Positions 50,435-61,318 of a DNA stretch of 64,000 bases are shown one piece after another. Origin of the DNA: Anthoceros angustus (taxonomy: Eukaryota; Plantae; Anthocerotophyta); NCBI GenBank assembly GCA_010909165.1, contig VJWM01000326.1, forward strand, positions 1 to 64,000, read 5' to 3'. Within the stretch, counting starts at the first letter, position 1. Every line of letters begins with the position of its first letter. The translations under genes and the position numbers were made by a program. The notes beneath the pieces were generated by a model. The model was not told the DNA's origin, ran no database searches, and was given only the letters and a program-made list of their open reading frames with translations.

Positions 50435-52620
50435 GAAGTCCTTAAATTAGCTTGAAGACATGGGGCAAGATGCCACTTGGGAAGACTTTTCTTTAGAGGA
50501 GGAGGAGCATTAATGCTTGTCAGTTGAGAGTGTGTTGACTAGCTAGATAGGAATGTTGTGAGCCATTAAGGCTCACATAGGTGAATTTTGCTAGAATAGA
50601 ATTTTACCCAAGATGCTTGGATGTCGAACTTAAAGTCCGATAGTAGGATACACTAAAATAAGGAGTAAGGCGGTGCAGGAGGAGAAGGTCCTACCATGGT
50701 AGGAGAAGGTCCTACCATGGTAGGAGAAGGCGCTAGCATGGATTTGACGGCAAGGGAGGCGAGTACCTTGGCCCTTGCAGAAAGAAGGAAGAGGGGTTGA
50801 TCTTGCAGAATGGAGCAAGAATCACAAGGAGAAGACCAACCTCCTAACATGGGTGTGGAGAAGGAGCTCACTTGCTCCACAAGTGAGAGGAAGAGGAGAA
50901 GTCGAGGATGAGCCATGGCTAAGAGAGCCCGGCTATTTTATTGGAGGAAGGAACTCAAGATAGGCATCAAGATAAGGAAGGGATTCATAAGAAGTCCTTA
51001 AATTAGCTTGAAGACATGGGGCAAGATGCCACTTGGGAAGACTTTTCTTTAGAGGAGGACAGTATTAATGCTTGTCAGTTGAGAGTGTGTTGACTAGCTA
51101 GATAGGAATGTTGTGAGCCATTAAGGCTCACATAGGTGAATTTTGCTAGAATAGAATTTTACCCAAGATGCTTGGATGTCGAACTTAAAGTCCGATAGTA
51201 GGATACACTAAAATAAGGAGTAAGGCGGTGCAGGAGGAGGAAGAAGCAGGATTCAAAGGTGCTAGCATGGATTTGACGGCAAGGGAGGCGAGTACCTTGG
51301 CCCTTGCAGAAAGAAGGAAGAGGGGTTGATCTTGCAGAATGGAGCAAGAATCACAAGGAGAAGACCAACCTCCTAACATGGGTGTGGAGAAGGAGCTCAC
51401 TTGCTCCACAAGTGAGAGGAAGAGGAGAAGTCGAGGATGAGCCAAGGCTAAGAGAGCCCGGCTATTTTATTGGAGGAAGGAACTCAAGATAGGCATCAAG
51501 ATAAGGAAGGGATTCATAAGAAGTCCTTAAATTAGCTTGAAGACATGGGGCAAGATGCCACTTGGGAAGACTTTTCTTTAGAGGAGGACAGTATTAATGC
51601 TTGTCACCAAAGAGAGTGTGTTGACTAGCTAGATAGGAATGTTGACAGAGCCATTAAGGCTCACATAGGTGAATTTTGCTAGAATAGAATTTTACCCAAG
51701 ATGCTTGGATGTCGAACTTACCGGCAATAGGATACACTAAAATAAGGAGGCAAAGGCTGTGAGGGCGCGTGGGAGGTATGTGAGGACCTCCCTATAAAAG
51801 GAGGGAGCTTGTGAAGTAAAATTATCGTGTCTTGCGCTCCCATCCTCCCGAGTCCTTCACTTTGTGTGCGGAATTTCGTGCCGCAAGCCAACGCAGTCCG
51901 TAGAGAGGAGAAGGTCCTACCACGGTAGGAGATTGTGGAGGAGGAGGAAGAAGAGGGCGCCTTGCTTGCTCTTTGCGGCCCACACTCGCTGCTCCTCTTG
52001 TGAATGGTTCTTTGTGAATTGTTTTGCTTTGAGTGTGTGGCGATGCTCAAGGAACTCTCGGCTTGAGGAGGAGGAAGAGGAAAGACTCGGAGGTTCTCGC
52101 CCGTGCAAACCACATAGCAACCGCCCAAGGAAGAAGAGGGCGTTGTTGATTGAGAGAGTTGTGAGGAGGAGAAGGTCCTACCATGGTAGGAGGAGTTGGA
52201 ATTAATGAGCCAGCAATTGGTGTTAGAGTAGGAGATTGTGGAGGAAGGAAGGGTAGATGAGTAGAGAAGAAGAGGGCGTTGTTGATTGAGAGAGTTGTGA
52301 GGAGGATTAGAGTGTAGGAAAACTAAGGCCACAGGTCGAGCCTAAGGGACGAATCCCAAATCCACTGCAAGTAAGAGGGCGCCTCCCGTGTGGAGAAGAG
52401 TGTCTTAGGAGTAGGGACGGTTGCGGTGTGGGTCGGGGGTCCTGGCGCCCGTGATAGACACCTCATTGGGCGTAACACAATTGTGTGGTGTCGTTGTAGG
52501 TTGAGGTTTGGTGAGTTCTGAAGCGATGCAGGCGCGTGGCTGTAGAGGGAGCGTGAGAGGGCGCCTTGCTTGTTTAGAAGGCTGAGGTAGTGTGTAGCTG
52601 CGGGTAGTGGTTTCTCAAGA
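50160..52620 (+). repeat. Tandem ~530-bp duplications of ORF end + LTR start, then a 3'-truncated LTR
   Basis: LTR starts (TGTTG) at 50554, 51109 and 51640, each preceded by the same cataagaagtccttaaattagc block. Confidence 0.85.
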
Positions 52621-52988
52621 TTTGACGGCAAGGGAGGCGAGTACCTTGGCCCTTGCAGAAAGAAGGAAGAGGGGTTGATCTTGCAGAATGGAGCAAGAAT
52701 CACAAGGAGAAGACCAACCTCCTAACATGGGTGTGGAGAAGGAGCTCACTTGCTCCACAAGTGAGAGGAAGAGGAGAAGTCGAGGATGAGCCAAGGCTAA
52801 GAGAGCCCGGCTATTTTATTGGAGGAAGGAACTCAAGATAGGCATCAAGATAAGGAAGGGATTCATAAGAAGTCCTTAAATTAGCTTGAAGACATGGGGC
52901 AAGATGCCACTTGGGAAGACTTTTCTTTAGAGGAGGACAGTATTAATGCTTGTCACCAAAGAGAGTGTGTTGACTAGCTAGATAGGAA

Positions 52989-53999
52989 TGTTGACAGAGC
53001 CATTAAGGCTCACATAGGTGAATTTTGCTAGAATAGAATTTTACCCAAGATGCTTGGATGTCGAACTTACCGGCAATAGGATACACTAAAATAAGGAGGC
53101 AAAGGCTGTGAGGGCGCGTGGGAGGTATGTGAGGACCTCCCTATAAAAGGAGGGAGCTTGTGAAGTAAAATTATCGTGTCTTGCGCCCCATCCTCCCGAG
53201 TCCTTCACTTTGTGAATTTCGTGCCGCAAGCCAACGCAGTCCGTAGAGAGGAGAACGGTTCGGAGGCCGGGGAGGGCTTGCTCTTTGCGCCGCCAGCCTC
53301 CCCTTGTGAATGGTTGTGAATTGTTTTGCTTTGAGTGTGTGGCGATGCTCAAGGAACTCTCGGCTTGAGGGTAGACTGTGGAAAAGACTCGGAGGTTCTC
53401 GCCGTCTGCAAACCACATAGCAACCGCCCAAGGAAGAACTCGTTAATTTCCTGACGGACCCGTGCCAGCCGAAGGGCGAGTTGGAATTAATGAGCCAGCA
53501 ATTGGTGTTAGAGTAGGAGATTGTGGAGGAAGGAAGGGTAGATGAGTAGAGAAGAAGAGGGCGTTGTTGATTGAGAGAGTTGTGAGGAGGATTAGAGTGT
53601 AGGAAAACTAAGGCCACGTGTGAGCCTAAGGGACGAATCCCAAATGCAAGTAAGAGGGCGCTCGTGGAGAAGAGTGTCTTAGGAGTAGGGACGGTTGCGG
53701 TGTGGTCAGGGGTCCCTGGCGCCCGTGATAGACACCTTGTCATAAGACGAACCCGCAATTGTGTGGTGTCGTTGTAGGTTGAGGTTTGGTGAGTTTACGG
53801 GCAAGACGCGCGAGGCTGCTGTAGAGGGAGCGTGAGAGGGCGCCTTGCTTGTTTAGAAGGCTGAGGTAGTGTGTCAGCAGTAGTGACGGATTTCTCAAGA
53901 TCGACCCCCAAGTCTCATGGGACGAAACCCAACGCATTTAAACGGGGATAAGTGTGGCCGCTAGAGGGGAATCTCGGAGTGCCCCGGGTTTTCCTCCCA
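52989..53999 (+). repeat. Family R LTR 5
   Basis: TGTTG...CTCCCA; terminal CA dinucleotide shortened; followed by copia B sequence. Confidence 0.85.
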
Positions 54000-55678
54000 T
54001 GCGATGATGAAGCGAGAATATCCCTTGGATGACATGGAGCCTGTAGTCATCCCCCCGCAGATTCCACCTTGGTGCGGGTGGCGGCAGCAATGAGGCCCCG
54101 ATGCTGACGGGACTTCAGTCACATGATTTTCCAGCCAATGCTAATGCTCACATGGTGCATGGGAAAAGAAGGAAGAAGGAGGAGAAGGTCCTACCATGGT
54201 AGGAGATTGTGGAGGAAGAAGAACCCCGAACCATGAGGATCGGCATCATCCACCACCATCTGAATGGGCAGAGCCCCGTTACCAATCTATTGACTTTAGG
54301 ACTAACCTAGTTGTCAGCCCCGTCATTCCAGATGAGCCTACTTCTCTATCTCAAGCCTTTAATGGCCCTGAGTCAGTGCAATGGAAAGTAGCTGTGGAGG
54401 ACGAATACCAGTCCTTGGTAAAGAACAAGACTTGGGTACTAGCTGACCTACCTCCTGGCCGAAAGGCAATATCCTGTAAATGGGTTTTTAAGCTAAAGCT
54501 AAATGCTAAAGGAGAGGTGGCTAGGTTCAAAGCTCGTCTTGTAGCATGAGGGTTTACACAGGTTGAGGGTTTGGACTATCAGGAAACATTCTCCCCTGTT
54601 GTACATACACAATCCATAAGGATTCTCCTAGCCTATGCAACAGAACACAATCTGGACCTTCAGCAGATGGATGTTTGCACTGCCTTCTTCTATGGTGCGC
54701 TGGACGAAGAGTTATACATGCTGCAGCCAGAAGGGTATGAGGATAAGAAACATCCACACAAAGTTTTGAAGCTGCTGAAATGTATCTATGGCTTAAAAGC
54801 AGTGGGAGAGTTGGATGTGATGCATGTTTACTTAGTATCAACCTGAGCCGCAGTGGCACAAATGTCTACAAGCTCACGGTTGGGTCTTCAATTGTGATCC
54901 TTGCCCTTTACGTAGATGAGGTGATCATAGCAACCGCCCAAGGAAGAAGAGGGCGTTGTTGATTGAGAGAGTTGTGAGGAGGAGGAAGGAAGGGTAGATG
55001 AGTAGAGAAGAAGAGAAGGGAGAAGAAGAGGGCGTTGTTGATTGAGAGAGTTGTGAGGAGGAGGAAGGAAGGGTAGATGAGTAGAGAAGAAGAGAAGGAG
55101 GAAGTTCAACCTAGATCAAGCTCGTCCTGCTACAACACCTTTTGCGGTTGGGACTAAACTTACGGGAGCGGTGTGCTGGGCGTTGAGGAAATGAACATCG
55201 TGATGTACCATGGAACATGCGATGGGTAGCCTCATCTTTTGTAGCTAAGGAAGGAGGAGAAGGTCCTACCATGGTAGGAGATTGTGGAGGAAGAAGAGGG
55301 CGCCCGAGACCACTCGGGTGTGATGGATTTTCGTTATCTTAAAGGCACTCATACAACAGGACTGGTTTACAGACAAAGTGGGACAACACAACTTACCTTG
55401 ACAGGGTTTACAGATGCCGACTAGGCTTCTGATTAAGACTCTTGATGCAGCTTGTCAACATATTGTTTTACACTTGCGTCGGCATTTGTCTTGAGTTGTA
55501 TTCTTCTATAGCACCTCTCACAAACAATACAAGTCTTTGTGAAGCTTCCAAGGAAGAAGAGAAGGGAGAAGAAGAGGAGGATGTTGGGACCTCATGATTT
55601 AAGCTGCATCCAACCCACGACTCCTCTGGTCAACACTTGAGTTAGGAGCTAATCCTAAATTCCATGCTCGGACCAAAC
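54000..55678 (+). pseudogene. pol: Copia B INT-RT linker, reverse transcriptase and RNase H (degenerate)
   Basis: EDEYQSLVKNKTW...CKWVFK...KARLVA, DYQETFSPV, QMDVCTAF, CIYGLK, LYVDE (YVDD position), GFTDAD* and NPKFHARTK. Confidence 0.92.
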
Positions 55679-55679
55679 T

Positions 55680-56743
55680 TTGGGAGGGAAAACCCCGGGG
55701 CTTCCGAGGCTTCCCCCTCTAGCGGCCACACTTATCCCACTGTCGCTTCGTACGTTGGGTTTCGTCCCATGAGACTTGTATGAAAGCTCAGAGTCTTGTG
55801 GAAAACAATTGCCGCAGGATGTGCACTGCTTAGCCTTCTAAACAAGCAAGGCCCTGCTCTCCCTCATACAAAGGCGGTGCAGCACCGCGCCAGAAAAATC
55901 ACCAATCCTCGACCTACAATGACACAACACAATTGCGGGTCCCGCTTAGCGGCGAGCCTATCACGGCGCCTGTGACCCCCGATCCACACCGCAATTTGTC
56001 TACCTCTAAGACCACTCTTCTCCACTGTGGCGCCTTTACTTGTAGATTTGGGATTCGTCCCTTGAAACTGCCAGCCTTCCACTGCGCCTACACTTCTAAT
56101 CCTCTACTCGTCTCCTCACCCTCTTCCTCCTATTCTAACCTCGGTTTGGGCTTACTAGCTTTGACTCGCCCTTACGGCACAACTGCCTGGGGTCGGCCTC
56201 CACCAGCAAGTTCTTCCTTGGGCCGGTTGTTATGAGTTTGACACCAGTCAGCGAGCACCTCCAGGGAGTCTTTCCGTGTGGCCTAACCTCAAGCCAAGAG
56301 TTCCCTGGGCATTGCCACACACCCAAAGCAAAGCAATTTCACAGCAACCATTCACAAGGGGAGCAACTCGTTTAGGCACTTGCAGGAGAGGAAGAGGAGA
56401 AACTCCTACCACCGTAGGAGAAACTCCTACCACCGTAGGAGAAACTCCTACCGTGGTAGGAGAAACTCCTACCACCGTAGGAGAAACTCCTACCATGACC
56501 AAGGGCAAAGGACTCCATATGGAAGTGCAAGACATGATACTTTACTTTGTGAAATCCTCCTCCTCTTATAGAAGGCCTTGCACATACAACCTCCCTTGGG
56601 TGACCCTACTGCACGTCACCTTTTTTCAATATTCTATTATTTCCTACCGCCAGCATTTAAGGCCTGGCATCTAAGTCTACTATCTGATCCTAGGTAAATT
56701 TTATTCTAGCAACTTCACCTAAGATCATCCTCGAAGGATGTCA
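55680..56743 (-). repeat. LTR of diverged subfamily D, inverted
   Basis: Reverse complement is collinear with R LTRs but diverged, and starts TGACATCC like 2613. A palindromic array is inserted at 56395-56495. Confidence 0.8.
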
Positions 56744-57500
56744 GTCTTACACCACCTACTCTTCCTATTCTCCTGCTCATCATTTATGGCCTTTGACCAT
56801 ACCTAGTCCTCATCCTCTGGGTTAGTGACGCGTCCTTTGGTGATTGGCCCCCTCGCCCTCCTTTTGCTCTCACCTCTTCCCAGATTTGGTCGCCTTCCTG
56901 GTTTGTGGGGCAAGTACCATCCCGCCCCTTCCTCCTACTTTGCGGGGCGGCGCCCTAATCCCTCTCATCATCCAGCAATCGCGCCCCGCCGCCCTCGAAA
57001 GCGTCCTTGCTTCACCTTCGCTCGGGGTTCTCCTTCCTCCATTTTCTATGGAAGATCACTCAAGGAAGAGGAGGAGAAGGTCCTACCATGGTAGTCTGAC
57101 CCTCATTCTTTCCTTTCTTCCTCCTATCGGCGCTGTCTCTTGGGTTGGAACCCTCCTTGCTCCTTTCCTCCTGTTTGGTTTGTCCATACCTATCATGGAG
57201 CATTCTTAAAGAGTCTTCCTCCCCCAATTATGGGCCGATGTTTCCACTAACTTCTCCGGGCCCTTTTTGCGTTAGTCTCCTCTCCTGCCCCGGGCTCTTC
57301 CCTTGTTCGTGGGGTGAGGGAACTTCACCCTCCCCTTCCTCGGGGTCGGACTGCCTTGATCTCTCCGGTGCTGCTCCCTCCACTGCCTTGTCTGCTCACA
57401 GGGGGTATGAGACCGGACCCCGGCTCCTTCCATCCACGGCCAGCCTCCACGGCCCGACTCCCCATCGAGCTCCCTCGGCCCTGGGGTACACCTTGCCCAA
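56744..57500 (-). mobile_element. 3' internal region of subfamily D, inverted
   Basis: Matches 1850-2612 in reverse (e.g. atggtacttgccccac, gatgctc(c/t)atgata). Confidence 0.7.
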
Positions 57501-57574
57501 GAAGTCCTTAAATTAGCTTGAAGACATGGGGCAAGATGCCACTTGGGAAGACTTTTCTTTAGAGGAGGAAGAGG

Positions 57575-57721
57575 AGAAGGTCCTACCACCGTAGGAGAAG
57601 GTCCTACCATGGTAGGAGAAGGTCCTACCACCGTAGGAGAAGGTCCTACCATGGTAGGAGAAGGTCCTACCACCGTAGGAGAAGGTCCTACCATGGTAGG
57701 AGAAGGTCCTACCATGGTAGG
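57575..57721. repeat. 21-bp palindromic array GGAGAAGGTCCTACC(ACC/ATG)GTA
   Basis: About 7 units, directly visible. Confidence 0.95.
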
Positions 57722-57958
57722 GTGACCCCGGGAGGCGGGTTGTCCCCTCTCCTTACTCTCCAAGCCATCTTGTGCGAGATATGTTTATATAACCTAATAT
57801 TAAGCTTAAGTCTTTGATAGCATTTAGGTTATGAAAGGTCATTTAGATGAAAGCGACACTATGGTCAATTTAAGAAGTAGTTTAGACAAACAATTTTTTA
57901 TTGTACATTTCTGATCTATCGAGTTTGACTTTTCTCGTCTCCTACTCGTTCCTTCACA

Positions 57959-57971
57959 TGGTATCAGAGCC
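57959..57971 (+). promoter_or_regulatory. PBS tRNA-iMet (TGGTATCAGAGCC) of copia C
   Basis: Canonical motif abutting the LTR CA. Confidence 0.92.
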
Positions 57972-58158
57972 ATGCTCCGCATCTTGTGCAAAATCTTGAA
58001 ATATGCCGAGGCAAGGTGGCAATCGTGAGGTTCACATCTAGGTGGATCCTCTACACTCATCTAGAAGATGTCCACCAAGACACCGGCACCTGTGCATAGA
58101 CACGGTGCTTGACCTCTATGAGCAAAACTACCCCGCCTTACAAAGATTTTAACTCAGC

Positions 58159-58610
58159 GTGACCCTACATCTCTTAACTTGGACATTGAGCGGAATCAAG
58201 AAGGCGGCTCTATCGAGCACGCCAGGAGAGGACATAACCCCAACCCCCACCTCGACCAGAGCTTCCACCTCCCCGTTACTTGTTGTTCGCATGCGAAATA
58301 ACAATCCAGGATCTAATACAGGTAGACCAAGGCCACGCCGACAATCAGTACAAGACACCACAACACGTAAATTTAATGCCCACACCGGATTAAGGATCAT
58401 TGCTGACAAATCACAAGCGATACTCATCCGTGTGGAAAAAGTGCTATCCCTTGTGCTGTCAAACCAGGTTTTTCTCAAGAAGCAGTTTGGCGGCACGGAT
58501 TCCCGAGGCCAGCGAGCAATTCTAATGCAAAGAGCTCAATAGGAAATCGCCACATTCACGATCTCCGCAACATGGACCTCAAATTGCAGAATCTTAAATA
58601 GAGTTGCTTA
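58159..58610 (+). pseudogene. Extra leader ORF upstream of copia C gag
   Basis: ORF 58159-58542 (127 aa) plus a frameshifted tail, homologous to 31440-31726. Confidence 0.55.
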
Positions 58611-59149
58611 CCTTATGGATCAGATTCCAGTGCCCGTGTCTTGTGAAGCCTCACTCAGAGTAGAGACATCCGTAGCGAGGAATACCCGATCCGAATCGGT
58701 GCATTTTTCATTGCACCTCTTTGCTGAATTGCAGCACACAACCACATTGGTCCACCAGAGGTGTCGCACTGTGATTGGGACATGCTTGATTTGACCTAAT
58801 CAAACGTCATAAAAATGAAAAGGTATTTTTTTAGGGTTTGCCACGCCTGGCAACCTTTCATAATAGCGAGGAAGGAAAGTTGAGGAGTTCAAGACGAGCA
58901 TGGCATAGCGGCTAGCTACCCTCCTCCGACCTCCCCGATCCCTCCCCGCACATTATGATCATAATTACGAAACAAATGATGCATGAATACTTACTGCGTT
59001 AGAGCCATAGCTCTCTATAGTTTGTCATGTTCATGTCCACCGCAAGACATCTGAACGCACTCATTAACAATTTTCAGCAACTTACTTTACATCAAACCAA
59101 TCGCCTCACCATGGCAAAGATCAAAGATCCACGCCTTCCTTTACCTCGA

Positions 59150-59795
59150 ACTTAAAGAGAAAGATAGGTTTAAAGGATGTGGCTACTCAATATGGAGAGT
59201 CCGCATGAGGAGCATGCTTGTTGCTCGTGTTTGGGCTGTGGATGGAACTTCAAGAAACTGCATGTACTAATCCTCCACACCGATGACACTGCCAAGTGGG
59301 ATTTGCTCAATGGCATTGCCATGGCTCTCCTTATCGGAGGCTTAGACGCTGACCTTGTTCCGGAAGTCGAATTCTTCACTGCTGCAGCTGAGATCTGGAA
59401 CCAGCTTGAAAAGACATACAAAGTTCAAAACATGATGACTCTTTGCGCAGTTCGGCAAGAGTTCTATGCACTTAAAATGAAAGAAGGTGACAAGGTGGCA
59501 GCTCGAGAGGAGAAGGTCCTACCACCGTAGGAGAAGGTGACAAGGTGCTCAAGGAACTCAAGATAGGCATCAAGATAAGGAAGGAGGAGAAGGTCCTACC
59601 ACCGTAGGAGAAGGTCCTACCACCGTAGGAGAAGGTCCTACCACGGTAGGAACTCCTACCAAGCATTTGTTACAAGCCAAAACGGACCAATTCGGACAGA
59701 CACATCGCGACTTCCTCCTGTCAACCTGTGACCATCACTCTAGAAGAAGTGATTGGTGCCTTGTTCCGTGAGGAGCAAAGCCGCATTCTCACCGG
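59150..59795 (+). pseudogene. gag: Copia C gag, interrupted
   Basis: MALLIGGLDADLVPEVEFF..AAEIWNQLE...FYALKMKEGD, homologous to copia B gag; TITLEEVIGALFREEQ at ~59730. Confidence 0.85.
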
Positions 59796-59957
59796 TGTTC
59801 CTAAGAGCAAATCACCGAGGAGGAGAAGGTGACAAGGTGCTCAAGGAACTCAAGATAGGCATCAAGATAAGGAAGGGATTCATAAGAAGTCCTTAAATTA
59901 GCTTGAAGACATGGGGCAAGATGCCACTTGGGAAGACTTTTCTTTAGAGGAGGAAGA

Positions 59958-60462
59958 GGAGAAGGTCCTACCACCGTAGGAGAAGGTCCTACCACCGTAG
60001 GAGAAGGTCCTACCATGGTAGGAGGGACTCCTACCACGGTAGGAGAAGGAGGAAGAGGAGAAGGTCCTACCACCGTAGGAGAAGGTCCTACCACCGTAGG
60101 AGAAGGAGGAGAAGGAGCTCACTTGCTCCACAAGTGAGAGGAAGAGGAGAAGGTCCTACCACCGTAGGAGAAGGTCCTACCACCGTAGGAGAAGGTCCTA
60201 CCACCGTAGGAGAAGGTCCTACCATGGTAGGAGAAGGTCCTACCACCGTAGGAGAAGGTCCTACCACCGTAGGAGAAGGTCCTACCACCGTAGGAGAAGG
60301 TCCTACCACCGTAGGAGAAGGTCCTACCACCGTAGGAGAAACTCCTACCACCGTAGGAGAAGGTCCTACCATGGTAGGAGAAGGTCCTACCACCGTAGGA
60401 GAAGGTCCTACCACCGTAGGAGAAGGTCCTACCACCGTAGGAGAAGGTCCTACCACGGTAGG
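59958..60462. repeat. Long 21-bp palindromic array (about 15 consecutive units at 60146-60462)
   Basis: GGAGAAGGTCCTACCACCGTA with ATG and AAACT variants. Confidence 0.97.
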
Positions 60463-60464
60463 AA

Positions 60465-61318
60465 CTCCTCCTCACAACTCTCTCAATCAACAACGCCTCT
60501 TCTTCTCTACTCATCTACCTTCCTTCCTCCACAATCTCCTACTCTAACACCAATTGCTGGCTCATTAATTCCAACTCGCCTTACAATCGCTGGGTCCGTC
60601 CGGAAATTAAGTTCTTCCTTGGGCGGTTGCTATGTGGTTTGCACAGAGAACCTCCGTGGAGTCTTTCCTGTAGTCTACCCTCAAGCCGAGAGTTCCTTGA
60701 GCATCGCCACACACTCAAAGCAAAACAATTCACACAAAGAACCATTCACAAGGGAGCGTGAGAGGAAGAGGAGAAGGTCCTACCACCGTAGGAGAAGGTC
60801 CTACCATGGTAGGACCTTCTCCTCTCTCTACAGACATCGCTTTTTGACGAAATTCGCACAAGTGAAGGACTCGGGAGGATGGGAGCGCAAGACACGATAA
60901 TTTTACTTCACAAGCTCCTCCTTTATAGGGAGGTCCTCACAGCTCCTCTGGCGCGCCTCACCGCCTTACTCCTTATTTTAGTGTATCCTATTGTCGAATT
61001 TTAAGTTCGACATCCAAGCATCTTGGGTAAAATTCTATTCTAGCAAATTCCACCTATGTGAGCCTTAATGGCTCCAACATTCCTATCTAGCTAGTCAACA
61101 CACTCTCGGGTGACAAGCATTAATGCCTGCCTCCTCTAAAGAAAAGTCTTCCCAAGTGGCATCTTGCCCCATGTCTTCAAGCTAATTTAAGGACTTCTTA
61201 TGAATCCCTTCCTTATCTTGATGCCTATCTTGAGTTCCTTCCTCCAATAAAATAGCCCGGCTCTCTTAGCCAGGCTCATCCTCGCCTTCTCCTCTTCCTC
61301 TCACTTGTGGAGCAAGTG
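60465..61318 (-). mobile_element. Inverted family R fragment (ORF end + 5' ~600 bp of LTR) inside copia C
   Basis: Reverse complement of ~12590-13450. LTR start TGTTGGAG at 61079. Confidence 0.9.

Larger units (their letters stand above)
34424..53999 (+). mobile_element. 19.6-kb family R block (3' module-LTR-PBS-gag/INT remnants-3' module with duplications-LTR)
   Basis: Collinear with 8736-23183 apart from patchwork insertions and duplications. Confidence 0.85.

Noticed and set aside
57272-57763. 163-aa minus-strand ORF
   Set aside because: Composite of the palindromic array, an R fragment and D sequence; not a coherent gene.
60088-60547. ORFs made of PTVVGPS / SYGGRTF / PTTVGEG repeats
   Set aside because: Open frames are a by-product of the 21-bp (multiple of 3) tandem repeat. 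No independent coding evidence.
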